DNA of 64,000 nt from Candidatus Hydrogenedentales bacterium (GTDB lineage Bacteria > Hydrogenedentota > Hydrogenedentia > Hydrogenedentales > SLHB01), in NCBI GenBank assembly GCA_050950105.1, contig JBMNGZ010000008.1, forward strand, positions 22,167-86,166. The letters run 5' to 3'. Positions within the stretch are counted from its first letter, which is position 1, and each line of letters starts with the position of its first letter. A program made the position numbers and the translations under genes. Under the pieces are notes generated by a model. The model made no database searches, had not been told where the DNA came from, and was given only the letters and a program-made list of their open reading frames with translations. Below, in pieces: positions 1 to 9,475 of the stretch.

Positions 1-106
1 CTTGCACCCAGCGCCAGAACCAGGCCCGAAACGAGCCAGGCAATGCCTTGCCACGGCGGTTTTGTGGTTTTCGGCTGTTCGTCGCCCACAGAGACTTCCC
101 GAGCGG

Positions 107-994
107 TTACCGGAGCTTCAGATCCTGGATGAGGGCGCGGCAATGTGCCACGTCGCGTTCGAGAATCTCGATGCGCTCTCCAGGCGTCTTAAAGCGTCCC
201 AGCGACTCATTTTCGATGCAGACATCGCCGTCGTAGCCGGCATCCGCCAGCATGCGCAGTACTTTGCCGTGATTGATGTCGCCTTCGTCGAGCGGGCAGG
301 CATACCGGGCGTATTCCCAGCCCGGCTCCCGGGTGATTTCGCGCTGGTCCTCGGGATAGTTGATGTTTTTCGCATGGGTGTGCTTCGTGTACGGCGCAAG
401 AATGCGCAGGATCCCATAGACTTCGGAGAGGGGGTAGCCGCGCCAGTAAAAGTTGCCGGTATCCATCGTTGCGCCCAGGCGATCCGAGCCCACCGCCTGG
501 TAGACATTGAGCTGAAACGCGAGATTATTGCCCTGAAATCCGTGGTTTTCGATACCCAGGGCGACTTTCGAGCCCGCGCTGCGTTCCAGGGCGCCGCCGA
601 GCCCTTCCGCGAACAGCTGCACCCGCTTCTCGAAATCAAGCTCGCGCTCCTTCGACATCGCGCTGTCGATGCGGACCACCGCCATTTCCATGATGTCCGC
701 CAGCTCAATGGCGCGGGCGACCCAGGCCGCGTTGGACTCAGTGTCTCCCGTACTGAAATCTTTGGCGGTCATGAAACAGCAGGCCCGGATGCCCAAGCCG
801 TCCAGATGTTTCTTGTAGGCCTTCGCGTCCTCGTCGGATGCCAGCGTGATCATCTCCTTCGAGTCCATAGCGCAGACCTGATAATCCGGCGTCATTCGTA
901 CTTCGACGTCCTCGACCGCCAGATGCCGCAGCCCGGCGACCGGGCTCGGGAATTCGTCGCCAGATACCATCGCATCGCGTATGGAAAGATACAT
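107..994 (-). CDS. sugar phosphate isomerase/epimerase (xylose isomerase-like TIM-barrel family)
   Basis: The minus-strand ORF 107..1312 is trimmed to the internal ATG at 994 (MYLSIRDAMVSGDEFP...). It has a TIM-barrel family-like layout with conserved acidic/His positions, e.g. GIENH and ELADIMEMAVV. The overlapping plus ORF 2..1183 looks like a spurious antisense ORF. Confidence 0.6.
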   Translation of the reverse strand: MYLSIRDAMVSGDEFPSPVAGLRHLAVEDVEVRMTPDYQVCAMDSKEMITLASDEDAKAYKKHLDGLGIRACCFMTAKDFSTGDTESNAAWVARAIELADIMEMAVVRIDSAMSKERELDFEKRVQLFAEGLGGALERSAGSKVALGIENHGFQGNNLAFQLNVYQAVGSDRLGATMDTGNFYWRGYPLSEVYGILRILAPYTKHTHAKNINYPEDQREITREPGWEYARYACPLDEGDINHGKVLRMLADAGYDGDVCIENESLGRFKTPGERIEILERDVAHCRALIQDLKLR

Positions 995-1338
995 TGCTCG
1001 TGCGTCTCCCGATTGAGTTTCGATGGGGCCTGTCTCGAGCCGCGCCCATCGCCTGGTTGCATCGTGTCGCTCAGTGTACGGTGGAGCCGGCGGCGGTTCA
1101 AGGAGGCGAAATGCCAGACGGTTTCGAACGGAGGGCCGGCGCGAGGGGGGGGATCCACCCGTTTCGACCGGCACATCCTGTAGAATATCGCATAGACTAT
1201 CGCAGCGTACAGCGGCCTTACGGTTGCAGCGGGGCCGTCTGGCCGCTATCCTTCTAAGATACGGCGCCGGAACGGCCGGCCCGTCGGCAAAGCGGGTGCA
1301 GCGCAGAAACAAACAGACAGACAGTCAATTAAACACGC

Positions 1339-1977
1339 ATGTCGCTCTATCTTATAAGCCTGAAAATCGCGGAACGGCCCTGTCTTGTGACAGGCGGCGG
1401 CCAAATCGCCCTGCCCAAAGCGCGCCAGCTCGTGGAGGCCGGCGCGCAGGTCACCGTGGTCAGTCCACGCTTCGCGCCGGGTTTTGCGGAACTCAGCGCC
1501 ACCCTCGTGCAACGCGCGTTTGAGCCCTCCGACCTCGAGGGCATGTTTCTCGCCATCGCCGCGACCGACGACCCCGAGGCCAACCGTAGCGTGGGGGAGA
1601 TCTGCCATGCCCGCGGGATTCTCTGCAACGCAGTCGACGAGCCTGAAGCGTGCGGGTTCTATCTCAACTCCGTGCTGCGGCGGGGCGACCTTCAGATCGC
1701 CGTGTCCACCGGCGGCGCTGCACCGGCCCTCGCAAAACGCCTTCGCGACGACCTGGAGCCCCTGTTTCCGGCGGACTACGGCGAGTATCTGGATTTTCTC
1801 CGCCAGGCCCGCGAGCGGACACGCTCCCGCGTCGCAGTTCCCGCGCTTCGCGCGCGGATCGCCCATGAATTCGCCTCCGAGGAGGGGTATCAGCGATTCC
1901 GCCGGCTTGATGCGGCCCAGCGAGACGACTGGGTCGAACAGGTCATCGCGCGAAACCAGCCGGAGACAAGCGTATGA
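1339..1977 (+). CDS. sirC: precorrin-2 dehydrogenase / sirohydrochlorin ferrochelatase (siroheme synthase N-terminal-type, Met8/SirC/CysG-N)
   Basis: The N-terminus (CLVTGGGQIALPKARQLVEAGAQVTVVSP) matches the NAD-binding start of CysG-N/SirC. The gene heads a hem gene cluster. Confidence 0.7.
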   Translation: MSLYLISLKIAERPCLVTGGGQIALPKARQLVEAGAQVTVVSPRFAPGFAELSATLVQRAFEPSDLEGMFLAIAATDDPEANRSVGEICHARGILCNAVDEPEACGFYLNSVLRRGDLQIAVSTGGAAPALAKRLRDDLEPLFPADYGEYLDFLRQARERTRSRVAVPALRARIAHEFASEEGYQRFRRLDAAQRDDWVEQVIARNQPETSV

Positions 1978-2828
1978 CGATCCTGACCCTGGCGGTATTG
2001 TTTGCCGGAACCCTGGCGTTCGCGGGCGCCACGGCGGCTGCGGTCCTGTATCTTGCCCACAAGCGGGGGGCCGCGCTTAACCTGACCCGGCGGCTGGCCT
2101 TGCTGGGCGCCGGCCTGTTCCTGCTGGCCCTCCTGCTGCGCGGGATTGCCTGGCACACCCTGCCCATGACCACCGCCGCCGACGCCCTCGTCGTATTTGT
2201 CATTTTCGCGACCGTCGTCATGTTTGTGTCCGCGCGCGACACCACACGCGCCGTCGCGTCCTTCTATGCGCCCGCTCTTTTCGTGCTGGCCGTTCTCGGC
2301 GCCAGCCTTGCCCCCGCGACCTTCGGCCATGCCCCAAAAGAGCTGCGCGGCCTGTTTCTCGCTGTACACGTCGGCCTGGCCTTTCTCGCGTACGCCTTCT
2401 TTCTCGGCGCCAGCGTGGCCAGCGTGGCCTATCTCTTTCAGTCGCGCCATCTCAAGAAACACCGTACCGTCGGCCTGTTTCAAGCCTTGCCGCCGCTCGA
2501 ACGGCTCGACAAAAGCCTGTATCGCCTCATACATCACGGGTATGTGATGTTTGCCGCCACGCTTCTGACCGGCGCAATCTGGGCACGGGTAGACCGGGCG
2601 CTGCTGGGGCCCCATTGGTTCCTCGCCCCCAAGGTCCTGCAATCCGTCGTGATGTTTTTGTTCTACGCATTTGTGTTTCACGGGCGCCAGTGCGGCCTGC
2701 TCCGCGGCCGTAAACTGGCGTTTGCGGTCTTGATCGGCTTTTCGGCCATGCTGGGCATCTACCTGGCGCGCACCGTGCTGAACCTGTCGTATTATTATTT
2801 CTGGGAGCCTTCGGCATGGGCGTCGTAG
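1974..2828 (+). CDS. hemX: cytochrome c assembly protein family membrane protein (CcsA/HemX-like), hem-cluster associated
   Basis: This is a 284-aa polytopic membrane protein with W- and H-rich helices (WHTLPM, WARVDRALLGPHWFLAPK). It sits immediately upstream of hemA, as in hemX-hemA-hemC-hemD clusters, and overlaps the sirC stop by 4 nt. Confidence 0.5.
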   Translation: MTILTLAVLFAGTLAFAGATAAAVLYLAHKRGAALNLTRRLALLGAGLFLLALLLRGIAWHTLPMTTAADALVVFVIFATVVMFVSARDTTRAVASFYAPALFVLAVLGASLAPATFGHAPKELRGLFLAVHVGLAFLAYAFFLGASVASVAYLFQSRHLKKHRTVGLFQALPPLERLDKSLYRLIHHGYVMFAATLLTGAIWARVDRALLGPHWFLAPKVLQSVVMFLFYAFVFHGRQCGLLRGRKLAFAVLIGFSAMLGIYLARTVLNLSYYYFWEPSAWAS

Positions 2829-4088
2829 CGGTCGGTCTCAGCCATCATACGAGCCCGTTGGCTCTGCGGGAACGGCTTCATTTTCCGCCGGAGGCCATCC
2901 CGGCGGCCTTGCGTGAACTCCAGAAACGGCTTCACGGCGGCGCCGCGGTGATTCTCAGCACCTGCAACCGCGTCGAAATTTATGCCCACCACGAAAAAGA
3001 CGCGGCGGCCCTCTGCGACGATATCCGCGCCTTCATCGCAGGCTGGCACCACATCGCCGAGCAGGAATTCGCCCCGTCGCTCTACGAACACAAAGGCCCC
3101 GAGGCCGTCAGCCACCTCTTCCGCGTGACGGCGAGCCTCGACAGCCTCGTCGTCGGCGAGGCCCAGATCCTCGGGCAGGTCCACGATGCCTTCACGCTGG
3201 CCCAGGAGCAGGAAACCGTCGACAAGGTCCTGTCCGCCCTGTTCCAGCGCGCCTTTTCCGTCGCGAAACAGGTCCGCACCGAAACGCGAATCGGGGCGGG
3301 AAAGGTCTCCGTCGCGTCGATCGCCGTCGATCTGGCCGTGTCTATCTTTATCGACCTGGCCGACAAGACGGTCATGATCATCGGCTCGGGCAAGATGGGC
3401 GAAAGCACCCTGAAAAGCCTGCTCGCGCGCGGGGTCGGCCGCATTCTCCTCGTCAACCGGAGCCACGAGAAGGCCCGCGCCCTGGCCGAAGAACTGGGGG
3501 GCGAAGCCGTGCCGCTCGACGATCTCGACGAGGCCCTCCCTCGGGCGGATATCGTCGTGACGTCCACCGCGGCCGCCACGCCGACTCCTCAATCCCGGCC
3601 ATTTTCAGCGCGCCTTGCGCAAGCGCGCCAACGCTCCCATGTTTGTCATCGACATCGCCGTGCCCCGCAACGTCGAAGCGGCGGTCAACGAACTCGACAA
3701 CGTCTATGTTTACGATGTCGACGCCCTGAAGCAGGCCGCGGACGAAAATCTGAAGGCGCGGCATGAGGCTATCGGCCAATGCCTGCGCCTGATCGATGAT
3801 GGCGTCACAAAATTCGTGCAATGGATGCAGAGTCTTATTGCGGAACCGGCCATCCTGTCCATCTCGGAGGAACTCCACGGGATTCGCGAGCGGGAACTCC
3901 AGAAGCTGCTGGCGGCCCATCCCGACCTGAGCGGCGAGCAGCGCGAAGCCGTGATCCATATGACCCGCCGCATCGTCAACGCCATCCTCCAGCGGCCTAT
4001 GAGCCAGCTCAAACGTGAAGTCGCCACCGAGGATCCGAGTTTCGTGCTCCAGCTCGTCCGGCGAATCTTTGGATTGAAGGAGTCATAA
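2816..4088 (+). CDS. hemA: glutamyl-tRNA reductase, reading frame interrupted by an apparent 1-nt indel near 3584
   Basis: The N-terminal 250 aa (GLSHHTSPLALRERLHF, SLDSLVVGEAQILGQV, IGSGKMGE, ADIVVTSTAAATP) and the C-terminal 157 aa in another frame (RKRANAPMFVIDIAVPRNVE...) are both clearly HemA. Reading TSTAAATP then LLNPGHFQRALRKR requires skipping one base at acg-ccg-a-ctc-ctc (~3584). Confidence 0.85.
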
Positions 4089-5008
4089 TGCCAAAACCCA
4101 TCGTCATCGGCTCCCGGGGCAGCGAACTGGCCCTGCGCCAGTCCGAACTCATCGCCAACGGGCTCCGCGCTCTGGAGCCCGCCGCCCGCATCGATATCCA
4201 GGTCATTCAAACGTCGGGCGACAAGATCACAGACGTGCCCCTCGCGCAGATCGGGGGCAAGGGGCTCTTCACGAAGGAAATCGAAGAGGCCCTCCTCGCC
4301 GGGGAGATCGACCTGGCCGTCCACAGCATGAAGGATCTGCCCACCGAACTCCCTGACGGGTTGTGCATTGGGGCGATCCCAAAGCGTGAAAGTCCGTGCG
4401 ATGTTCTCGTAAGCGCCGGCAAGCTCAGGCTCGAGCAACTGCCTCCCGGCGCGCGCGTGGGCACTTCAAGCCTTCGCCGCACCGCGCAGCTTCGTGCCTT
4501 CCGCAGCGACCTTAAGATCCTGCCGCTTCGGGGTAATGTCACGACCCGCCTGCGCAAAGTGAGCGAGAACAGCGTGGATGCGGCCATCCTGGCCGCCGCC
4601 GGCCTGATGCGACTCGGCCTCAGTGACCGGATTTCCCAGGAAATCCCCGTGACGCTCATGCTGCCTGCGCCCGCTCAGGGCGCGCTCGCCATCGAGGCGC
4701 GCGAGGACGACGCCAGGATCCTGCGCCTGCTTGCGGCGCTCGACGACCCGGAGACTCGTAGCGCCGTTACCGCCGAACGCACCTTCCTGGCTGCAATGGA
4801 GGGCGGATGTCAGGTTCCTCTGGGCGCCCTGGCGTCCCGTTCCGGCGAATCTATCGTGCTCGACGCCTGCGTGTGCAGCCTCGATGGCGCCCAGGTCTTG
4901 CGCTGCAGAACGGCCAGCAGGCCTGATCGGCCCGAAGAGGCCGGTCACCAGGCCGCTGTGGAGCTGCGCAACCAGGGCGCCGGCGCTCTGCTGGAGTCGC
5001 TGCGATGA
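4088..5008 (+). CDS. hemC: hydroxymethylbilane synthase (porphobilinogen deaminase)
   Basis: Shows IVIGSRGSELALRQ, GGKGLFTKEIEEALL, VHSMKDLP and GTSSLRR motifs. The start overlaps the hemA stop (TAATG). Confidence 0.9.
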   Translation: MPKPIVIGSRGSELALRQSELIANGLRALEPAARIDIQVIQTSGDKITDVPLAQIGGKGLFTKEIEEALLAGEIDLAVHSMKDLPTELPDGLCIGAIPKRESPCDVLVSAGKLRLEQLPPGARVGTSSLRRTAQLRAFRSDLKILPLRGNVTTRLRKVSENSVDAAILAAAGLMRLGLSDRISQEIPVTLMLPAPAQGALAIEAREDDARILRLLAALDDPETRSAVTAERTFLAAMEGGCQVPLGALASRSGESIVLDACVCSLDGAQVLRCRTASRPDRPEEAGHQAAVELRNQGAGALLESLR

Positions 5009-6537
5009 GCCGCCAATTCGGCACGGTCTATCTTGTGGGTGCAGGGCCCGGCGACCCCGGACTCATTACGGTCCGCGGGCGCGAATGCATCGCGCGGGCC
5101 GACGTCATCATCTACGATGCCCTCGCCAACGCCCAGCTTCTCGTGAATGCCCGTCCCGGCGCGAAGTGCATTTTCGCCGGCAAGGGACGCGGCCGCCACA
5201 CCCTCATCCAGGAAGAGATCAACCGGCTTCTGGTCGAGTGGGCCGGCAAAGTCGACCACGTCGTGCGCCTCAAAGGCGGCGACCCTTTCGTCTTTGGCCG
5301 CGGCGGCGAGGAGGCCCTGCTCCTGGCCCAACACAAGATCCCCTTCGAAATTGTGCCCGGCATCACCGCAGGAATCGCCGCCCCCGCGTATGCGGGGATC
5401 CCGGTCACCCACCGCGGCATGGCGGCCAGCGTCACCTTGCTCGCCGGGCACAGCCTCGGAAACGAGCCGGGAAAATCTCTCGCCCTCGACGATATCGCCC
5501 TCAACGGCACACTCGTCTTCTACATGGGAGTAAAAAACCTGCCGGCGCTCCTCGACGAACTCCGCCGGGTGGGCCGTCCGGCGGCCACGCCCGCCGCTGT
5601 CATCGAATGGGGCACCTGCGGGCGTCAGCGCAGCATCCTGGCCTCGCTCGACACCCTGGCCGCTCGCTGCGCCGAAGCCGGCGTACAGCCGCCCGCAGTG
5701 GTTGTGGTGGGGGAGGTGGCCCGGCTCCACGAAACCATCCCGTGGTTTGAGCGGCGGCCCCTGTTTGGTCAACGCATCGCCGTCACTCGCGCACGTGCCC
5801 AGGCCGGCGAGCTTGTCAGCGAACTGCGCGCCCTGGGCGCCGACGTGTTTGAATTTCCCACCATCGAGATCCTGCCCGTCGATGCACTGGCTGATTTCGG
5901 CTATATCGGCGATTACGACTGGGTCATCTTCACCAGCGTTAACGGGGTTGAGATCCTGTTTGACCGGCTCAATGCCCTCGGCCTGGATGCACGCGACCTC
6001 CACGGCGTCCGGCTCTGTGTGGTCGGCCCCGGCACCGCCGAGGCCGTCCGAAAACGATTCCTGCGAATCGATGCCATGCCCGAAAAATACGTCGCGGAAA
6101 AGCTTCTGGCCGAAGTCCTCCGACATGACCCCGAGCTGCGTGGCAAACGCATCTTGTTGCCCCGCGCCGACATCGCCCGCAGCTTTCTCCCCGAGGCACT
6201 CCGCGAACACGGGGCGGAGGTCACCGAACTGATTGTTTACCGGACCGTCGCGCCCTCGTCATCAGAGGCGCGGGTTGACGCACTGATGACTTTCGCGCCG
6301 GATCTCGTCACGTTCAGCAGCTCGTCTACGGCGCGCAACTTCCATGACCTGCTCGGCGCCGGGCGCGTGGATATGTTGAAAACCCGCGCGGCGTTTGCGG
6401 CGATCGGGCCCATCACCGCCCATACCGCACGCGAACTGGGGATGCCGCCCGCGCTTGAAGCCGACGAATACAGCATTCCAGGCCTGGTTCAGGCTATAGT
6501 TGAGTGGGCGGGTACCCGCCCGGGAGATTCACCGTGA
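5005..6537 (+). CDS. cobA-hemD: bifunctional uroporphyrinogen-III C-methyltransferase / uroporphyrinogen-III synthase (CobA-HemD fusion)
   Basis: The N-terminal half is a SAM-dependent tetrapyrrole methylase (VYLVGAGPGDPGLITVRG, RLKGGDPFVFGRGGEE). The C-terminal half is HemD-like (two-lobed, VVGPGTAEAV). The start overlaps the hemC stop (ATGA). Confidence 0.85.
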   Translation: MSRQFGTVYLVGAGPGDPGLITVRGRECIARADVIIYDALANAQLLVNARPGAKCIFAGKGRGRHTLIQEEINRLLVEWAGKVDHVVRLKGGDPFVFGRGGEEALLLAQHKIPFEIVPGITAGIAAPAYAGIPVTHRGMAASVTLLAGHSLGNEPGKSLALDDIALNGTLVFYMGVKNLPALLDELRRVGRPAATPAAVIEWGTCGRQRSILASLDTLAARCAEAGVQPPAVVVVGEVARLHETIPWFERRPLFGQRIAVTRARAQAGELVSELRALGADVFEFPTIEILPVDALADFGYIGDYDWVIFTSVNGVEILFDRLNALGLDARDLHGVRLCVVGPGTAEAVRKRFLRIDAMPEKYVAEKLLAEVLRHDPELRGKRILLPRADIARSFLPEALREHGAEVTELIVYRTVAPSSSEARVDALMTFAPDLVTFSSSSTARNFHDLLGAGRVDMLKTRAAFAAIGPITAHTARELGMPPALEADEYSIPGLVQAIVEWAGTRPGDSP

Positions 6538-7541
6538 CATTTCCACAGACCCGTATGAGGCGCCTTCGGCGCAATCCCTCGTTCCGCCGCATGGTCCGCG
6601 AAACGCGCCTCAGCGTGGACCAGCTCATCTTCCCCATGTTCGTCCGGCCGGGCTCGGGGGTGCGCAATCCCATCGCCTCCATGCCGGGCAACTTCCAGTT
6701 TTCGGTCGATACCCTCGCCGAAGAAGCCAGGAAAGTGGCCGCTTGCGGCGTCCCCGCCATCCTGTTGTTCGGCATCCCCGAGCACAAAGACGCCCAGGGT
6801 ACGCAGGCCTACGCCGAAGAAGCCATCGTGTGCAGGGCCGTTGAGGCCGTCAAACGAGCCGCGCCCGAATTGTCCGTCATCACCGATGTCTGCCTCTGCG
6901 AATACACCGACCACGGCCATTGCGGGATCATCCGAACCAATCGGGACGGCGTGCCCGACGTGGACAACGACGCCACCCTCGAGCTGCTCATCCGGGAAGC
7001 GCTGGCGCATGCGCGCGCCGGCGCCGATATGCTTGCCCCGTCCGACATGATGGACGGACGCGTCGGCGCCATTCGCGCCGGGCTCGACGGCGCCGGATTC
7101 CACGAGATCCCCATCATGGCCTACAGCGCCAAATACGCCTCGAGCTTCTACGGACCCTTCCGAGACGCCGCCGAATCGCCGCCGCAATTCGGCGATCGTT
7201 CCACTTATCAGATGGATCCCGCCAACGCGCGCGAGGCCCTGCGCGAACTCGCCCTCGATATCGAGGAGGGTGCCGACATCGTCATGGTCAAGCCTGCCCT
7301 CGCCTGCCTCGATATCATCGCCCGGGCGGCACAGCGTTTTGACCTCCCTCTCGCCGCATACCACGTTTCGGGCGAATTTGCGATGGTCAAAGCCGCGGCC
7401 GCCAACGGCTGGCTCGACGAAAAACGCGCGGCTCTGGAGATCCTCACCGCCATCGTCCGCGCGGGAGCATCACTCGTGCTCACCTACTGGGCCTGCGACG
7501 CCGCCCGGTGGCTGCAGGAAAGCGCTCCCGTCGCATCGTGA
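6534..7541 (+). CDS. hemB: porphobilinogen synthase (delta-aminolevulinate dehydratase)
   Basis: Shows RMRRLRRNPSFRRMVRETRLSVDQLIFPMFV, a cysteine-rich metal site (DVCLCEYTDHGHCG) and the active-site region YHVSGEFAMVKAAA. The GTG start at 6534 overlaps the cobA-hemD stop; an alternative ATG lies at 6555. Confidence 0.9.
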   Translation: MTFPQTRMRRLRRNPSFRRMVRETRLSVDQLIFPMFVRPGSGVRNPIASMPGNFQFSVDTLAEEARKVAACGVPAILLFGIPEHKDAQGTQAYAEEAIVCRAVEAVKRAAPELSVITDVCLCEYTDHGHCGIIRTNRDGVPDVDNDATLELLIREALAHARAGADMLAPSDMMDGRVGAIRAGLDGAGFHEIPIMAYSAKYASSFYGPFRDAAESPPQFGDRSTYQMDPANAREALRELALDIEEGADIVMVKPALACLDIIARAAQRFDLPLAAYHVSGEFAMVKAAAANGWLDEKRAALEILTAIVRAGASLVLTYWACDAARWLQESAPVAS

Positions 7542-7592
7542 CGCGATATACCGCTATACTGGGTCCGTTGGAGGCAGGGAAGGAGACACCGG

Positions 7593-7739
7593 ATGACGCA
7601 CATGCACGTTCTGACGAAGATCAGGCCCGCCAAAGCACAACAGGAACTTCCCGTTGAGAAACAGGCGCTGCGGTGGTTCAATTTTGGCCTGGACTCCGCC
7701 ATCCTGCTTATACGGGCCTTCGGCCCCAAGGTGTTCTAA
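7593..7739 (+). CDS. small hypothetical protein (48 aa) between hemB and hemL
   Basis: ATG at 7593 is preceded by a strong Shine-Dalgarno (GGAAGGAG, 6-nt spacer) and ends at TAA 7737-7739. Product: MTHMHVLTKIRPAKAQQELPVEKQALRWFNFGLDSAILLIRAFGPKVF. It is too short for the supplied ORF track. Confidence 0.3.
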   Translation: MTHMHVLTKIRPAKAQQELPVEKQALRWFNFGLDSAILLIRAFGPKVF

Positions 7740-7772
7740 GCCAGACTCACAAAACGACAGGGAGCCATCATC

Positions 7773-9063
7773 ATGAAACGCGACACATCCGCGGCCCTCT
7801 GGCGCGAGGCAAACAAGATCTTAGTAGGCGGCGTCAACAGCCCGGTCCGGGCTTTTAGCGCGGTCGGCGGCGAACCGTTTTTTGCCGCCTCCGGACGCGG
7901 CTCCCGTATTCAGGACGTCGATGGCAACGAATACCTCGACTATGTCTTGTCCTGGGGCCCGCTGGTCATGGGACATGCCCATCCGGGCGTCGTTGAAGCC
8001 GTAAGCGCGGCCATGCGCCTCGGCTCCAGTTTCGGCATCTCAACCGAGGCCGAGATCCGTCTTGCACAGCGCATCACGCGCCATTTCCCGGCCATCGAGA
8101 AGCTCCGCTTCGTCAACAGCGGGACCGAAGCCGTCATGAGCGCCATCCGCCTCGCCCGCGGTGTCACCGGCGCCGAGCTGGTTGTCAAAATTGCCGGTTG
8201 TTACCACGGTCACATGGACGGGCTGCTCGTCCGTGCCGGGAGTGGACTGACCACCCTGGGTCAGCCGGACAGCCAGGGCGTGCCAAATGCCTACACCCAA
8301 TGCACCCTCGTGGTTCCCTACAACGACCTGGACGCCGTCCGCGACGCCTTTTCTGCCTACGCCGGGAAGATCGCCTGCCTGATCGTCGAGCCCGTAGCCG
8401 GAAACATGGGCGTTGTCCTGCCCGAACCCGGGTATCTGGAAGGATTGCGCCAGATCACCCAATCCGCCGGCGCCTTGCTCATTTTCGATGAAGTGATGAC
8501 GGGCTTCCGCGTCAGCATGGGAGGCGCACAGGCGCGCTACCAGGTTACGCCCGATCTGACCGTGCTCGGCAAGGTCATTGGCGGCGGCCTCCCCGTGGGC
8601 GCCTACGGCGGTAGCGCCCGGATCATGGACCAGCTTTCTCCGCTCGGCCCCGTCTACCAGGCGGGCACGCTATCGGGCAATCCCCTCGCCATGGCCGCGG
8701 GCCTCGCCACCCTCGACGCCCTCGAACAGCCGGGTGCTTTCGAACGCACACGGAACAGGCCATGACTCGCGCTGTCCGAGGGCCTGGGCGAGATCGCGCG
8801 CCAGCGCGGGCATCCCCGTCTACCAGACCCAGGCGGGCTCCATGGCCTGCCTCTTCTTCAGTGAAGGCCCCGTGCGCAACTACGAAGACGCCACCGCCTC
8901 GGATACCAAACGCTATGCCGCTTTCTTCCGGGGCATGCTCGAACGAGGCGTCTATTTCGCCCCGTCCCAGTTCGAGGCCTGCTTCACCAGCGCGGCCCAT
9001 TCCAGCGCCGACATCGATCGGACGCTCGAGGCTGCCAGCGAGACGTTTCGAGAATTGTCCTGA
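7773..9063 (+). CDS. hemL: glutamate-1-semialdehyde 2,1-aminomutase, disrupted by an in-frame TGA at 8763 plus a 1-nt frame change near 8810
   Basis: Residues 1-330 are typical HemL ([28 protein letters not shown], the PLP-lysine region [17 protein letters not shown]). The C-terminus ([27 protein letters not shown]...[21 protein letters not shown]) continues in frame +1 from 8812. In between, [15 protein letters not shown] is readable in frame 0 only after a TGA. Confidence 0.85.
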
Positions 9064-9175
9064 ATGTATTCAGTCGACTAATTTCTGTAGTCGATTAATG
9101 TTAATATCTGTGCATATCGCTACGTAATGCAGTCGAATAGTCGTAAATCTGAGTTTTTTGACTAATGATGATCGC
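9064..9175. repeat. AT-rich segment with four GTCGA(N)TA(A)T direct repeats immediately downstream of hemL
   Basis: The local composition is strikingly AT-rich compared with the window. The motifs agtcgactaat, agtcgattaat, agtcgaatag and tcgtaaat are spaced 6-20 nt apart, followed by a T-run (gagttttttg). Confidence 0.35.
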
Positions 9176-9475
9176 AGGCACTCGCCCGAGCTGCCCGTTG
9201 CTGATCGTGCAGGGGGACTGAATCGCTGCGCTCTCTGTTTTCCTGGCTGTTTTTACCAGGCATGGGAGCTTTGCCTCGGGCAAGTCTTGCCTCCTCCGTC
9301 CCGCAAAGAGGGAATCCGCATGGTTGAGCTGGCGGCTCGCTTGGGTGCGGCTGTAGAAGCCTTGTTTTGAGACGGCGGGAGTTATACGTCAGCGGGCAAG
9401 CCGGCGCTTCATTCCATCTTGAAATGGCGGGTACAGCCATGGTGCAAGCCGGCCCCGGGTTCGCCATCCAGCGTT

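Noticed and set aside
2-1183. 393-aa plus-strand ORF overlapping the sugar-phosphate isomerase gene
   Set aside because: It lies antisense to a well-supported minus-strand gene and has Arg/Pro/Ala-rich low-complexity translation with no Shine-Dalgarno. This is typical of spurious long ORFs in high-GC DNA.
9064-9175. Chromosomal replication origin at the AT-rich island
   Set aside because: No DnaA boxes are in or next to the AT-rich stretch, and no dnaA/dnaN is nearby. The only consensus DnaA boxes are 5.7 kb away (14921-14940) and number just two.
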